Origin: Solirubrobacterales bacterium
GTDB lineage: Bacteria > Actinomycetota > Thermoleophilia > Solirubrobacterales > 70-9
Reading direction: 5' to 3'
Assembly (NCBI GenBank): GCA_035500835.1
Contig: DATJWW010000034.1
Location: forward strand, 56,984-120,983
DNA length: 64,000 nt
The first letter of the stretch is position 1; each line of letters starts with the position of its first letter. The position numbers were made by a program, and so were the translations under genes. The notes beneath the pieces were generated by a model that worked only from the letters and a program-made list of their open reading frames with translations, did not search any database and had not been told where the DNA came from. This document shows positions 1-9,005 of the stretch, one piece after another.

Positions 1-297
1 GTCCATCCGCGCCATGCCGCCGAAGATCCAGAGCTGTATCGAGCTGATCCCGATCCCGTTGCGGGTGGCGGTGAAGGCGTGGCCGAGCTCGTGCAGCAGG
101 ATCGAGCCGAAGAAGCCGGCGGCGCTGGCGACGGCGAGGACGAAGGGCGTGGTCGAGCCCGCCGAGCTTCCCAGCAGGTCGCTGTAGAAGTTGGACATCC
201 AGAAGATGACCAGGAAGAGGATGAGGAACCAGGACCAATCGACCGCGATCCGGATGCCGCGGACGTGGAAGAGGGTGATCGAGCCACCGCCGAACAT
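1..297 (-). CDS. Site-2 protease family (M50) metalloprotease, N-terminal part; the gene continues past the window start
   Basis: My own minus-strand translation from the ATG (cat 295-297) gives MFGGGSITLFHVRGIRIAVDWSWFLILFLVIFW...FFGSILLHELGHAFTATRNG. It has an HExxH zinc motif in a TM-rich N-terminus. It is absent from the ORF track because no stop lies in the window. Confidence 0.7.
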   Translation of the reverse strand, partial: MFGGGSITLFHVRGIRIAVDWSWFLILFLVIFWMSNFYSDLLGSSAGSTTPFVLAVASAAGFFGSILLHELGHAFTATRNGIGISSIQLWIFGGMARMD

Positions 298-319
298 CCC
301 CCAATGGTAAGCGGGTAGC

Positions 320-1546
320 GTGGCCGGCCACGTGGCCGGCCCGATGACCGACACATCACTGTCCGAGCCGGTCGGCGAGCCCGACCAAGGCTGGCTGCGG
401 GAGCGGCTGGAGGAACTCGAGCGCATCCACCGCCCCTCCGCCTCGGAGGGCGAGCGACGCGCCGCAGAGTGGTTGGTCGAACGGTTCCGCGAGCTGGGCG
501 CCGAGGCGCGGATCGAGGCCGCCCCCGCCCACGGCACCTACTGGTGGCCGCTCGGGCTCGGTACCGCGCTCGGCGCCCTCGGCGGACTGCTCGCCCTGCG
601 CGGCCGCCGCATCCTCGGCGCCGCGCTCGGGGCGCTCGGCGCCGCCGGGATCGCCTCCGACTTCCCGCCCCATCAGCGTCGCCTCCGGAGGCCGCTGCCG
701 AAGCGCACCGCCTACAACGTGATCTGCGAGATCGGCGACCCCGACGCGGCGCGGACCGTCGTGGTCGGCGCCCACCACGACGCCGCCCACTCCGGCCTCG
801 TCTTCCACCCGGCGATCCCGCGGATCGCCGACCGGCTCGGCCTGATCGAGAAGATCGACACCAGCCCGGCGCTGATGGCCCCGGTGATCGGCGGACCGCT
901 CCTCGTCGCGCTCGGCGCGCTCACCAGGATCAGGGCGCTGACCAAGATCGGCACCGCGCTCGGCTTCTGCGCGACGGCGGCGATGGCCGAGATCGGCTCG
1001 CGCAAGGTCGTCCCCGGTGCCAACGACAACGGCACCGCCGTCGTCTCCCTGCTCGCCCTCGCCCGCCGACTCGCCGAGTCCCCGGTGCCCGGCATCCGCG
1101 TGATCCTCCTCTCCTGCGGTGCCGAGGAGTCCTTCAGCGAGGGGATGAAGGCTTTCGGGGAACGCCACTTCGCCGAGCTGCCGACCGCGAGCACCTTCTT
1201 CCTCTGCCTCGAGTCGACCGGCTCGCCCCACCTTCTGGTGCTGCGCGGCGAGGGCTTCCTGAAGATGTACGACTACCCGGCGCCGGCGCTCGAGCTGCTC
1301 GACACCGCGGCCGAGGAGCTCGGCATCTGGCTCTATCCCAACCTCCGGCTGCACAACGGCACCGACGGCCTCGAGGCCCTCGCCGCGGGGTACGAATCGG
1401 CGGTGATCGCGGGCTGCGACGACCGCAAGCAGCCCGCCAACTACCACTGGCCGAACGACCTCGCCGAGAACGTCGACTTCACCTCCGTGGCCGACGGGAT
1501 CAGGCTCAGCGAGGCCGCCGTCCGGCGCCTCGCCGAGCGCGCCTGA
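320..1546 (+). CDS. M28 family zinc peptidase with membrane segments
   Basis: 408-aa ORF with metal-ligand style motifs VVGAHHDAAH, GANDNGTAVV and GAEESFSEG, plus a hydrophobic stretch near the N-terminus. The start is uncertain: GTG 320, in-frame GTG 332 or ATG 344. Confidence 0.75.
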   Translation: MAGHVAGPMTDTSLSEPVGEPDQGWLRERLEELERIHRPSASEGERRAAEWLVERFRELGAEARIEAAPAHGTYWWPLGLGTALGALGGLLALRGRRILGAALGALGAAGIASDFPPHQRRLRRPLPKRTAYNVICEIGDPDAARTVVVGAHHDAAHSGLVFHPAIPRIADRLGLIEKIDTSPALMAPVIGGPLLVALGALTRIRALTKIGTALGFCATAAMAEIGSRKVVPGANDNGTAVVSLLALARRLAESPVPGIRVILLSCGAEESFSEGMKAFGERHFAELPTASTFFLCLESTGSPHLLVLRGEGFLKMYDYPAPALELLDTAAEELGIWLYPNLRLHNGTDGLEALAAGYESAVIAGCDDRKQPANYHWPNDLAENVDFTSVADGIRLSEAAVRRLAERA

Positions 1547-1614
1547 CGGCGCCCCGTCGAGTGTGACCAATCCCGACTACGCACTCGGATTTTCCCTCTA
1601 TAGCATCCGCGCTC

Positions 1615-3303
1615 GTGCCATCCCACGACGTGCTTGTCATAGGGGCCGGGCTCGCCGGCCAGCGGGCCGCCCTCTCCGCCGCGGAACAGGGCGTTTCGGT
1701 CGGGATCGTCTCCAAGGTCCACCCCGTCCGCTCCCATTCCAACGCCGCTCAGGGCGGCATCAACGCGGCGCTCAACCCTGACGACACGTGGGAGTCCCAC
1801 GCGTTCGACACCGTCAAGGGCTCCGACTACCTCGGCGACCAGGACGCGATCGAAATCATGGCCAGGGAGGCGCCGGAAGAAATCCTCCACATGGAGCACC
1901 TCGGCGTCACCTTCCACCGCAACGAGGAAGGCAAGCTCGGCACCCGCGCCTTCGGCGGCGCCTCCGCCGCCCGCACGTACTACGTCGCCGACATCACCGG
2001 CCAGGCGATCATGCACGTGCTCTACGAGCAGCTGATGAAATATTCGGAGCAGATCACCCGCTACGAGGAGTGGTTCTCCTCCTCGCTGGCGATCGACGAG
2101 AAGGGCGAGTGCTGCGGCATCGTCACCCGCAACGTCGCCGACGGCTCGATGGAGCTGTTCCAGGCCAAATCGGTGATCCTCGCGACCGGCGGCTCCGGCC
2201 AGATCTGGAAGCCGACCACCAACGCCCTGATCTGCACCGGCGACGGCATCGCGATGGCCTACCGGGTCGGCGCCAAGCTGATGGACATGGAGATGATCCA
2301 GTACCACCCGACCACGCTGGCGGGCAAGGGATTCCTGATCACCGAGGGTGCCCGCGGCGAGGGCGCCCTGCTCCTCAACAAGAACGGCGAACGCTTCATG
2401 GAGAAGTACGCGCCCAACAAAATGGAGCTCGCCTCGCGCGACGTCGTCTCCCGCGCCGAGCAGACCGAGATCGACGAGGGTCGCGGCTTCCCTGACGGGA
2501 CCGTCGCGCTCGACATCACGGTGGTGCCGAAAAAGCGCATCCACGAGGCGCTGCGCGAGATCGTCCTCGTCGGCCGGGATTTCGCCGGCGTCGACATCAC
2601 CCGCGAACCGATCCACATCAAGCCGGGCAACCACTACACGATGGGCGGCGTCAAGACCGACGTCGAGGGCCGCACCGACATCCCCGGCCTCTACGCCGCC
2701 GGCGAGGTCGCCTGCGTCTCGGTCCACGGCGGCAACCGGCTCGGCGCCAACTCGCTGCTCGACACCCTGATCTTCGGCAAGCACTCCGGCCGCGACGCCG
2801 CGGCACGGGCCCTGCGCACCGCCTGGTCGAAGCCCTCGGGCAAGGTGCTGGAGGACGAGCAGGCGATGGTCGACGACATCAACGGTCGCGAGAAGGGCTC
2901 CGGCCGGCGCGTCTCCGAGATCAAGCTGGAGCTCGGTCAGACGATGGACGGCAAAGTCGCCGTGTTCCGCGACGAGGCCGGGATCACCGAAGCGCTGGAA
3001 ACCGTGCGTCGCCTCAAGGAGGAGGCGAAGACCGCCTACATCGACGACCACGGCAGCGTCTTCAACCAGGATCTGATGGGGGCGATCGAGCTGGGGTACA
3101 TGCTCGACTGCGCCGAGTGCTCCTGCATCGGGGCGCTGGAGCGCAAGGAGAGTCGCGGCGCCCAGTTCCGCACCGACTTCCCGGAGCGCAACGACGAGGA
3201 GTGGCTCAAACACATCAACCTCGAGAAGACCGAGGACGGCCCGGAGATCTCCTACTCCGAGGTCACGATCACCCAGTGGCAACCGGAAGCGAGGACGTAC
3301 TGA
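1615..3303 (+). CDS. sdhA: Succinate dehydrogenase/fumarate reductase flavoprotein subunit
   Basis: 562 aa. N-terminal VLVIGAGLAGQRAAL FAD fold, SHSNAAQGGINAAL covalent-FAD region and HPTT motif. GTG start. Confidence 0.93.
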   Translation: MPSHDVLVIGAGLAGQRAALSAAEQGVSVGIVSKVHPVRSHSNAAQGGINAALNPDDTWESHAFDTVKGSDYLGDQDAIEIMAREAPEEILHMEHLGVTFHRNEEGKLGTRAFGGASAARTYYVADITGQAIMHVLYEQLMKYSEQITRYEEWFSSSLAIDEKGECCGIVTRNVADGSMELFQAKSVILATGGSGQIWKPTTNALICTGDGIAMAYRVGAKLMDMEMIQYHPTTLAGKGFLITEGARGEGALLLNKNGERFMEKYAPNKMELASRDVVSRAEQTEIDEGRGFPDGTVALDITVVPKKRIHEALREIVLVGRDFAGVDITREPIHIKPGNHYTMGGVKTDVEGRTDIPGLYAAGEVACVSVHGGNRLGANSLLDTLIFGKHSGRDAAARALRTAWSKPSGKVLEDEQAMVDDINGREKGSGRRVSEIKLELGQTMDGKVAVFRDEAGITEALETVRRLKEEAKTAYIDDHGSVFNQDLMGAIELGYMLDCAECSCIGALERKESRGAQFRTDFPERNDEEWLKHINLEKTEDGPEISYSEVTITQWQPEARTY

Positions 3304-4460
3304 TGGCCGAGTACACGATCAAAGTCCGGCGCTACCAGCCGGAGTCAGGCGAAGCCGCCTACTGGGAGGAGTTCGGGGTCGACCTCGATCCCTCGCTCTC
3401 CGTCCTCGACGGCCTGCTGCAGGCCAAGGACCGCGAGGACGGCTCGCTCGCCGTCCGCTGCTCCTGCCGGGCGGCGATCTGCGGCTCCTGCGGGATGAAG
3501 ATCAACGGCAAGTCGGGACTCGGCTGCCAGACCCAGATCGGCGAGGCTCAAGAGCTGGCCGACAAGAAATCGTCCGCGGTCGGCGGCGCCTCCGAGGGCA
3601 ACGTGATCACGATCGAGCCGATGGGCAACATGCCGGTGATCAAGGACCTGGTGACCGACATGGAGTCGACCCACTGGACCAAGATCCGCCGCGTCACCCC
3701 CTGGCTCCTGCCGCACGGCGAGCCGCCGGAGCGCGAGTACATCGTCGAGCCGGAATCGATGGTCGACATCACCCAGTCGATGGCCTGCATCCAGTGCGGC
3801 GCCTGCGTCTCCTCCTGCCTCTCGATGGAAGCCGACCCGCTCTTCATCGGTCCGGCGGCGTTGGCCAAGGCCTACCGCTTCGTCGGCGACCCGCGCGACG
3901 CCGAGACCGCCGAGCGCCTCACCGACCTCGCCCACGACCCGCACGGGATCTACGACTGCACCCACTGCTTCAGCTGCGTCGACGCCTGCCCGAAGGGGGT
4001 GGCGCCGATGGATCAGATCATGCGCCTGCGCCGCAAGGCGGGCGAGAACGGGATCGAGGACCCGAACAGCGGCCACTCACACGAGATGGCCTTCGTCAAG
4101 ATCATCGAGAAGAAGGGCACCCTCGACGAGAGCCTGCTCCTGCAGGAGTCCTTCGCGCCCGGCGTGCTCGGCAAGCTGATGCCGACCAAACGGGCGATCA
4201 AGGAAATGATCGGCTCGATCCCGGTCGCGATCCGCGGCATCAAGACCGGCAAGATGCGGTCGCTGCCGAAGCTGATCCCCGGCGTCCACCACAAGCTCCC
4301 CGACCAGGACGACGTGAAGGCGATCTACAAACACGCCGAGGAGCACAACGAGGAATTCAACCTGTACATCAAGGGCGAGGAGGGCGACGAGGAGGCCGCC
4401 GTCGAGGAGGGCCTCGAGCCCGCCGCCGCCCCGGGAGCCGAGGAGGCCACCAATGGCTGA
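3303..4460 (+). CDS. sdhB: Succinate dehydrogenase iron-sulfur subunit with a C-terminal extension
   Basis: ATG 3303 overlaps the sdhA stop (ATGA). Cys clusters are [25 protein letters not shown] and [12 protein letters not shown]; the extra Cys in the third motif is the type-E pattern. A ~130-aa charged/amphipathic tail follows the ferredoxin core. Confidence 0.85.
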   Translation: MAEYTIKVRRYQPESGEAAYWEEFGVDLDPSLSVLDGLLQAKDREDGSLAVRCSCRAAICGSCGMKINGKSGLGCQTQIGEAQELADKKSSAVGGASEGNVITIEPMGNMPVIKDLVTDMESTHWTKIRRVTPWLLPHGEPPEREYIVEPESMVDITQSMACIQCGACVSSCLSMEADPLFIGPAALAKAYRFVGDPRDAETAERLTDLAHDPHGIYDCTHCFSCVDACPKGVAPMDQIMRLRRKAGENGIEDPNSGHSHEMAFVKIIEKKGTLDESLLLQESFAPGVLGKLMPTKRAIKEMIGSIPVAIRGIKTGKMRSLPKLIPGVHHKLPDQDDVKAIYKHAEEHNEEFNLYIKGEEGDEEAAVEEGLEPAAAPGAEEATNG

Positions 4461-5364
4461 TCCGATCAAAGTCGCCTACTGGCCCGGCTGCGTCTCGCGC
4501 GGCTTCACCCCCGAGCTGCACGGCTCGATGGCCCTGGTCGCCCAGAAGCTCGGCATCGAGCTGGTCGAACTCGACCGCGCCAACTGCTGCGGCGCCGGGG
4601 TGATCGCCGAGCACAACCAGGAGCTGGCCGACACGCTCAACGCGCGCACCTTCGCGCTCGCCCAGCAGACCGGCCTCTCGATGATGAACATCTGCTCGAC
4701 CTGCCAGGGCGCCCAGTCGGAGTGTCAGCAGCGCCTCGACGCCGACTCCCAGTACCGCGCCCACGTCAACGAGGCGCTCTCCGGTCAGGGCCTCGCCTAC
4801 GAGAAGTCGGCCGACGGCTCCTGGACCAACAAAAACTTCCTCTGGCTGCTGGTCGAGGACTACGGGCTCGACCGCCTTGCAGCCCAGGTCAAACGGCCGC
4901 TCTCCGGCCTCCGCGTCGGCCCCTTCTACGGCTGCTACATCGTGCGGCCGAAGGAGCGCCTCGGCTACGAGGAGCACCCGGATCGCGACATCTACCTGGA
5001 GAAGGTGATCGAGGCCCTCGGCGGCGAGATCGTCGAGTACGACGGGGCGCGCAAATGCTGCGGCTTCCCGGTGATCACGATGAACCGCGAAACCTCCCTG
5101 ACCCAGGCGGGCACCCACGTCGGCGACGCGATCGACGCCGGCGCCGACTGTCTCGTCACCCCCTGCCCGCTCTGCCACCTGAACCTCGACATGCAGCAGC
5201 CGGAGGCGGCCAAGGTCGTCAACCGCGACCTCGGCCTGGCCGTCCTCCACCTCCCCCAGCTGGTCGGCCTCGCCCTCGGCGCGACGCCGAAGGAGCTGGG
5301 GATGGAGAAGCACATCGCCTCGACCAAGTGGGTCGAGGAGCGGTTGACCGCCGTTCCGGCGTAG
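4453..5364 (+). CDS. CCG-domain (HdrB/GlpC-like) protein, putative SdhE-type subunit of a non-classical succinate:quinone oxidoreductase
   Basis: 303 aa with two CCG motifs ([16 protein letters not shown]) and associated Cys ([14 protein letters not shown]). The start overlaps the sdhB end by 8 nt. Confidence 0.75.
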   Translation: MADPIKVAYWPGCVSRGFTPELHGSMALVAQKLGIELVELDRANCCGAGVIAEHNQELADTLNARTFALAQQTGLSMMNICSTCQGAQSECQQRLDADSQYRAHVNEALSGQGLAYEKSADGSWTNKNFLWLLVEDYGLDRLAAQVKRPLSGLRVGPFYGCYIVRPKERLGYEEHPDRDIYLEKVIEALGGEIVEYDGARKCCGFPVITMNRETSLTQAGTHVGDAIDAGADCLVTPCPLCHLNLDMQQPEAAKVVNRDLGLAVLHLPQLVGLALGATPKELGMEKHIASTKWVEERLTAVPA

Positions 5365-5377
5365 AACGCCGGAACGG
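5351..5377. terminator. GC-rich hairpin between convergent genes, with no U-tract
   Basis: CCGTTCCGGCG-TAGAA-CGCCGGAACGG forms an 11-bp stem. The loop contains the stop codon of the CCG-subunit gene. Confidence 0.4.
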
Positions 5378-5418
5378 CCCCGAAAGACCAGGGCGGCCGA
5401 GCGAGATCCCGCGGCCGG

Positions 5419-5658
5419 CTACTTCGTCGTCATCACGACGATGCCGAAGACGACGCCGGCCGCGACCACGGCGAGGGCGAGGCCCGAGGCCGCCAGGGCT
5501 GCAACCGCCGGGGCCGGGCGATCTTCGCGGTTCAGGTCCGCGAAGCGCGCCGTCCCCCAGATCACGACGGAGAAGGCGACGGTGATGCCGACGCCCGCGA
5601 GGATCGAGGCACCGATGGTCTGCAGCAGATCGCTCCAGTCGACGATCGTCGCGATCAT
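5419..5658 (-). CDS. Small two-TM membrane protein downstream of pit
   Basis: 79 aa (MIATIVDWSDLLQTIGASILAGVGITVAFSVVIWG...LALAVVAAGVVFGIVVMTTK) with two hydrophobic helices. Its ATG overlaps the pit stop (ATGA at 5655-5658). Confidence 0.5.
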   Translation of the reverse strand: MIATIVDWSDLLQTIGASILAGVGITVAFSVVIWGTARFADLNREDRPAPAVAALAASGLALAVVAAGVVFGIVVMTTK

Positions 5659-6761
5659 GAGACGGCCACCGGCGCTCCGCGCCTGACCCGCCGGGCGAAG
5701 ACCGCGGTGAGCAGCGACAGCGACATCAAGGTCACGATCAGCGGCCCGAGTGCCCCGGTGCCGAAGATCCGCGTGATCCCGTAGACGGCAGCGCCGATCA
5801 CCGCCGCCGCGGGCAGGGTGAGTATCCAGGCGGTGACGATGTTCCCGGCGACGCCCCAGCGCACCGCCGACACCCGTTTCGCCGCGCCCGCTCCCATCAC
5901 GCCACCGTTGATCACATGCGTGGTCGACAGCGGATAGCCGAAGTGGGTCGAGGCGAGGATCACCGCGGCTCCCGCGCCTTGGGCGGAGAAGCCCTGCGCC
6001 GCGTCCATCTTGATGATCTTCGTCCCGGTGGTCTTGATGATCCGCCAGCCACCCGAATAGGTGCCGAGGGCGATCGCCGTCGCCGAGGAGGCGATCACCC
6101 AGAGCGGTGGGTCGGCTTCCGCGCCGAGGCTTCCATGGGCGATCAGCGCCAGGGTGATCACCCCCATCGTCTTCTGGGCGTCGTTGGTGCCGTGGGCGAG
6201 GGCGAGCATGCCGCCGGAGAGAAGCTGGCCGTAGCGGTAGCCGCGGGAGACGACGCCGGGTCGCTGGTGGCCCACGATTCGATATCCGACCCCGATCGCC
6301 ACGGCCGCGACCAGGAAGGCCAGCAGGGGAGCCAGGATCGCCGGGATCAGAACCTTGCCGATCAACCCTTCGGCGATGACCGCGTGGAATCCCGCCGCGG
6401 CCACCGCCGAGCCGACGACGCCGCCGATCAAGGCGTGAGAAGAGCTCGACGGCAGGCCGAACCACCAGGTGAAGAGGTTCCAGGAAATCGCGCCGACGAG
6501 GCCCGCAAAGACGATCGTCGGCGTGATCACTTCGGCATTGACCACATCGTTGGCGACGGTCGCGGCGACGGAGATCGAGATGAAGGCGCCGACGAAGTTC
6601 AGGATCGACGCCATGCCGATCGCGACGCCGGGCGCTGCCGCCCCGGTCGAGATCGAGGTGGCGACGACGTTCGCCGTGTCGTGGAAGCCGTTGGTGAAGT
6701 CGAAGGCGAGGGCGGTGCCTACGACGATCACGAGGACGACGTCGGAGCTCACGGCCCGCAA
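5655..6761 (-). CDS. pit: Inorganic phosphate transporter, PiT family
   Basis: 368 aa with PHO4/PiT signature repeats NGFHDTANVVATSI and GTNDAQKTMGVI and many TM helices. TTG start, with an in-frame GTG three codons later. Confidence 0.9.
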   Translation of the reverse strand: MRAVSSDVVLVIVVGTALAFDFTNGFHDTANVVATSISTGAAAPGVAIGMASILNFVGAFISISVAATVANDVVNAEVITPTIVFAGLVGAISWNLFTWWFGLPSSSSHALIGGVVGSAVAAAGFHAVIAEGLIGKVLIPAILAPLLAFLVAAVAIGVGYRIVGHQRPGVVSRGYRYGQLLSGGMLALAHGTNDAQKTMGVITLALIAHGSLGAEADPPLWVIASSATAIALGTYSGGWRIIKTTGTKIIKMDAAQGFSAQGAGAAVILASTHFGYPLSTTHVINGGVMGAGAAKRVSAVRWGVAGNIVTAWILTLPAAAVIGAAVYGITRIFGTGALGPLIVTLMSLSLLTAVFARRVRRGAPVAVS

Positions 6762-6774
6762 TCTAGCCGGGTCT

Positions 6775-6791
6775 TTTACAAATTGTTTACA
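6775..6791. promoter_or_regulatory. Direct repeat TTTACA-N5-TTTACA immediately upstream of pit; Pho-box-like
   Basis: TTTACA occurs at 6775-6780 and 6786-6791 with an 11-nt period, inside the 37-nt DUF47-pit gap. On the pit coding strand it reads TGTAAA-N5-TGTAAA. Confidence 0.35.
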
Positions 6792-6798
6792 GAGCCCG

Positions 6799-7422
6799 TC
6801 AGGAGTTCTTGATGACGATGCCCTCGATGATCTGCGCGGCGGTCTCCGTCGCGTCGATCGCCTCCTCGAGGACGCCGAAGATGTCTTTCCAGCGGATCAC
6901 GACCATCGGGTCGATGCCGTCGTCGAAGAGGGAGGCCACGGCGTCCCGGGAGATCCGGTCGCCTTCGTTCTCGAGACGGTGGATCTCGATCCAGTGCGGA
7001 TCGAGATCCTTGAAGGTCGGCAGCTTCTCCACCGCCGCCGCGAGTTCGCGACAGGCACCGAGCAGAACCTTGGTCAGCGCCGCCGCCTGCGCCATCGGCG
7101 CCTCGATCTTGTAGATGACGAGGAGATCGGCCGCCTCCTCGGTCAGGTCGATCACGTCGTCGAGCTTGGTCGCCAGCGCGTAGATGTCCTCGCGGTCGAG
7201 CGGCGTGACGAAGGTCGAGTTCAGCCGTTTGATGATCTCGTGGGTGATCCGATCCCCCTCGTGCTCGGCGGCGACGATCTCGGCCTGCAACTCGCCGACG
7301 TCGGGCCACTCGCCCATCAGCCGATCAAGCAGGAGGGCGATGTCGACGCTGTTGTTACCGGCCTCGATGAAGAGATCGAAGAAGGTCCGGTCGCGAGGTA
7401 GAAGCGAGAGCCGAGGGGTCAT
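6799..7422 (-). CDS. DUF47 family PhoU-like protein (Pit accessory protein)
   Basis: 207-aa helical protein (MTPRLSLLPRDRTFFDLFIEAGNN...), sitting in the usual position directly upstream of pit. Confidence 0.85.
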   Translation of the reverse strand: MTPRLSLLPRDRTFFDLFIEAGNNSVDIALLLDRLMGEWPDVGELQAEIVAAEHEGDRITHEIIKRLNSTFVTPLDREDIYALATKLDDVIDLTEEAADLLVIYKIEAPMAQAAALTKVLLGACRELAAAVEKLPTFKDLDPHWIEIHRLENEGDRISRDAVASLFDDGIDPMVVIRWKDIFGVLEEAIDATETAAQIIEGIVIKNS

Positions 7423-7460
7423 CTGCCAATCGTATTGGCGATCGGCGGCGACGATCGCCT

Positions 7461-7868
7461 TCAGAGGCCGATCAATTTGAGGATCACGGCTGCGACGATC
7501 GTCAACACGCCGCCGGTGATGGTCTTGCCCCAGTTGTCGAGTCGCGCTTCGATCCTGGCCAAATCCTCTTTGGTGGCCACCTCTTCGAAGCGTTCGTCTA
7601 CTCCGGCAAATCGTTCGTCGACCTTGCCGAACCCGACTTCGACCTTGCCGAGCCGTTCGTCGACCTTGCCGAACCCGGCTTCGATCTTGCCGAGCCGCTC
7701 GTCGACCTTGTCGAATCGGACTTCGACCTTGCTGAACCGTTCGTCGACCTTGTCGAATCGGGCTTCGACCTTGTCCTCAAACCGCTCGAACCGGTCTTCG
7801 AAGCGGCCGACTCGGCCTGCCAGATCGTCGATGCGCTTTTCGGTAGAGCTTGCCTCCATCACGCTCAC
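7461..7868 (-). CDS. Tail-anchored coiled-coil protein with heptad/14-mer repeats
   Basis: 135 aa with repeats KVDERFSKVEVRFD / KVDERLGKIEAGFG / KVDERLGKVEVGFG. A single C-terminal TM follows (ITGGVLTIVAAVILKLIGL). Confidence 0.6.
   Translation of the reverse strand: MSVMEASSTEKRIDDLAGRVGRFEDRFERFEDKVEARFDKVDERFSKVEVRFDKVDERLGKIEAGFGKVDERLGKVEVGFGKVDERFAGVDERFEEVATKEDLARIEARLDNWGKTITGGVLTIVAAVILKLIGL
7612..7779 (-). repeat. Four tandem 42-nt units, in-frame within the coiled-coil gene
   Basis: The units occupy 7612-7653, 7654-7695, 7696-7737 and 7738-7779. All resemble CGTTCGTCGACCTTGCCGAACCCGACTTCGACCTTGCCGAGC. Confidence 0.75.
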
Positions 7869-7948
7869 TGAGCAAGAGTAGGAAGAAAGCCCTCCGCCAT
7901 GGGAAACAGAAGTGGAACTTTTGCGTTAAGGCGAGGCGGAGCCGGCGC

Positions 7949-8989
7949 TCAACCCCGGCTCAGGAGCCAGCCGCGGTCGACCAGGATCTCGGCTACCTGG
8001 ACGGCGTTGGTGGCGGCGCCCTTGCGCAGGTTGTCGCCGGAGGTCCAGAGGTTCAGGGTGCGCTCCTGGCCCGGGTCGCGGCGGATGCGGCCGACCAGGA
8101 CGTCGTCCCGGCCGGCGCTCCGGATCGAGGTCGGGTAGGCCGCCGCGGCCGGATCGTCGACGACCTGCACGCCGACCGCCTCGGCGAGCAGGGCGCGGCA
8201 GTCCTCGGGCGAGAGATCCTCTTTGGTCTGCACGTTGATCGACTCGCCGTGGCCGACGAAGACCGGCACCCGGGCGCAGGTCGCCGAGATGCCGACCTCC
8301 TCGCCGACGTCGAGGATCTTCCGCGTCTCGGCCATCACCTTGCGCTCCTCGGTCGTGTAGTCGTCGCCGTCCTTGAAGGTCTCCACCTGGGGGATCACGT
8401 TGAAGGCGATCTGGTGGGGGTAGACGGCGGGCGCCGGCGGCTCCTCGCCGGCGAGGATCGCCCGCGCCTGGGCGCGCAGCTCCTCGACCGCCTTCTGGCC
8501 GGTCCCCGAGACCGCCTGGTAGCTGGAGACGACCAGACGCTCGAGGCCGACGGCGCGGTGGATCGGCGCCAGCGCCATCATCATCACCATCGTCGTGCAG
8601 TTCGGGTTGGCGACGATCCCCTTGTGGTGCTCGGCCGCCTCGTCGTTGACCCCGGCGACGACCAGCGGCACGTCCTCGTGCATCCGCCAGAAGCTCGTGT
8701 TGTCGACGACGGTGGCGCCGGCCTCGGCGAAGCGCGGCGACCACTCCGAGCTGACCGCGCCCCCCGGCGAGGAGAGGACGACATCGCAGCCCTGGATCGT
8801 CTCGTCGGTGAGCGGCTGCACGGTCAACGTGCCGTCGCCCCACTCGAGTTGCTTGCCCGCCGAGCGCTCCGAGGCGTAGGCGACCACCTCGCGCGCCGGG
8901 AAGCCGCGCTCGTGGAGGAGCGCCAGGATCGTCGTCCCGACCGCGCCGGTCGCGCCCATCACCCCGACTCTGTAGCCGTCGCCCGCCAT
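7949..8989 (-). CDS. asd: Aspartate-semialdehyde dehydrogenase
   Basis: Start chosen at MAGDGYRVGVMGATGAVG (ATG 8987-8989). Carries the NPNCTTM active-site motif. The upstream part of the ORF-track frame is Pro/Arg-rich junk. Confidence 0.92.
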   Translation of the reverse strand: MAGDGYRVGVMGATGAVGTTILALLHERGFPAREVVAYASERSAGKQLEWGDGTLTVQPLTDETIQGCDVVLSSPGGAVSSEWSPRFAEAGATVVDNTSFWRMHEDVPLVVAGVNDEAAEHHKGIVANPNCTTMVMMMALAPIHRAVGLERLVVSSYQAVSGTGQKAVEELRAQARAILAGEEPPAPAVYPHQIAFNVIPQVETFKDGDDYTTEERKVMAETRKILDVGEEVGISATCARVPVFVGHGESINVQTKEDLSPEDCRALLAEAVGVQVVDDPAAAAYPTSIRSAGRDDVLVGRIRRDPGQERTLNLWTSGDNLRKGAATNAVQVAEILVDRGWLLSRG

Positions 8990-9005
8990 CTCTCTCCGCG
9001 GGCGG

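Noticed and set aside
79-318. 79-aa plus-strand ORF at the window start.
   Set aside because: It is antisense to the M50 protease N-terminus, which has a clear HExxH motif and TM pattern. Its own sequence is acidic/Arg-rich with no recognisable features.
356-3282. Long alternative-frame and antisense ORFs from the track (356-1570 minus, 469-1566 plus, 1441-3282 minus, and similar ones throughout, e.g. 25148-26593, 42576-43916, 59228-61036).
   Set aside because: Their translations are Arg/Pro/Gly/Ala-rich low-complexity strings, typical of shadow frames in very GC-rich DNA. Each overlaps a frame with a clearly recognisable protein family.
7612-7779. Possible CRISPR array or non-coding tandem repeat.
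   Set aside because: The 42-nt units are contiguous with no spacers. They are in frame and encode heptad repeats of a coiled-coil protein. No cas genes are nearby.
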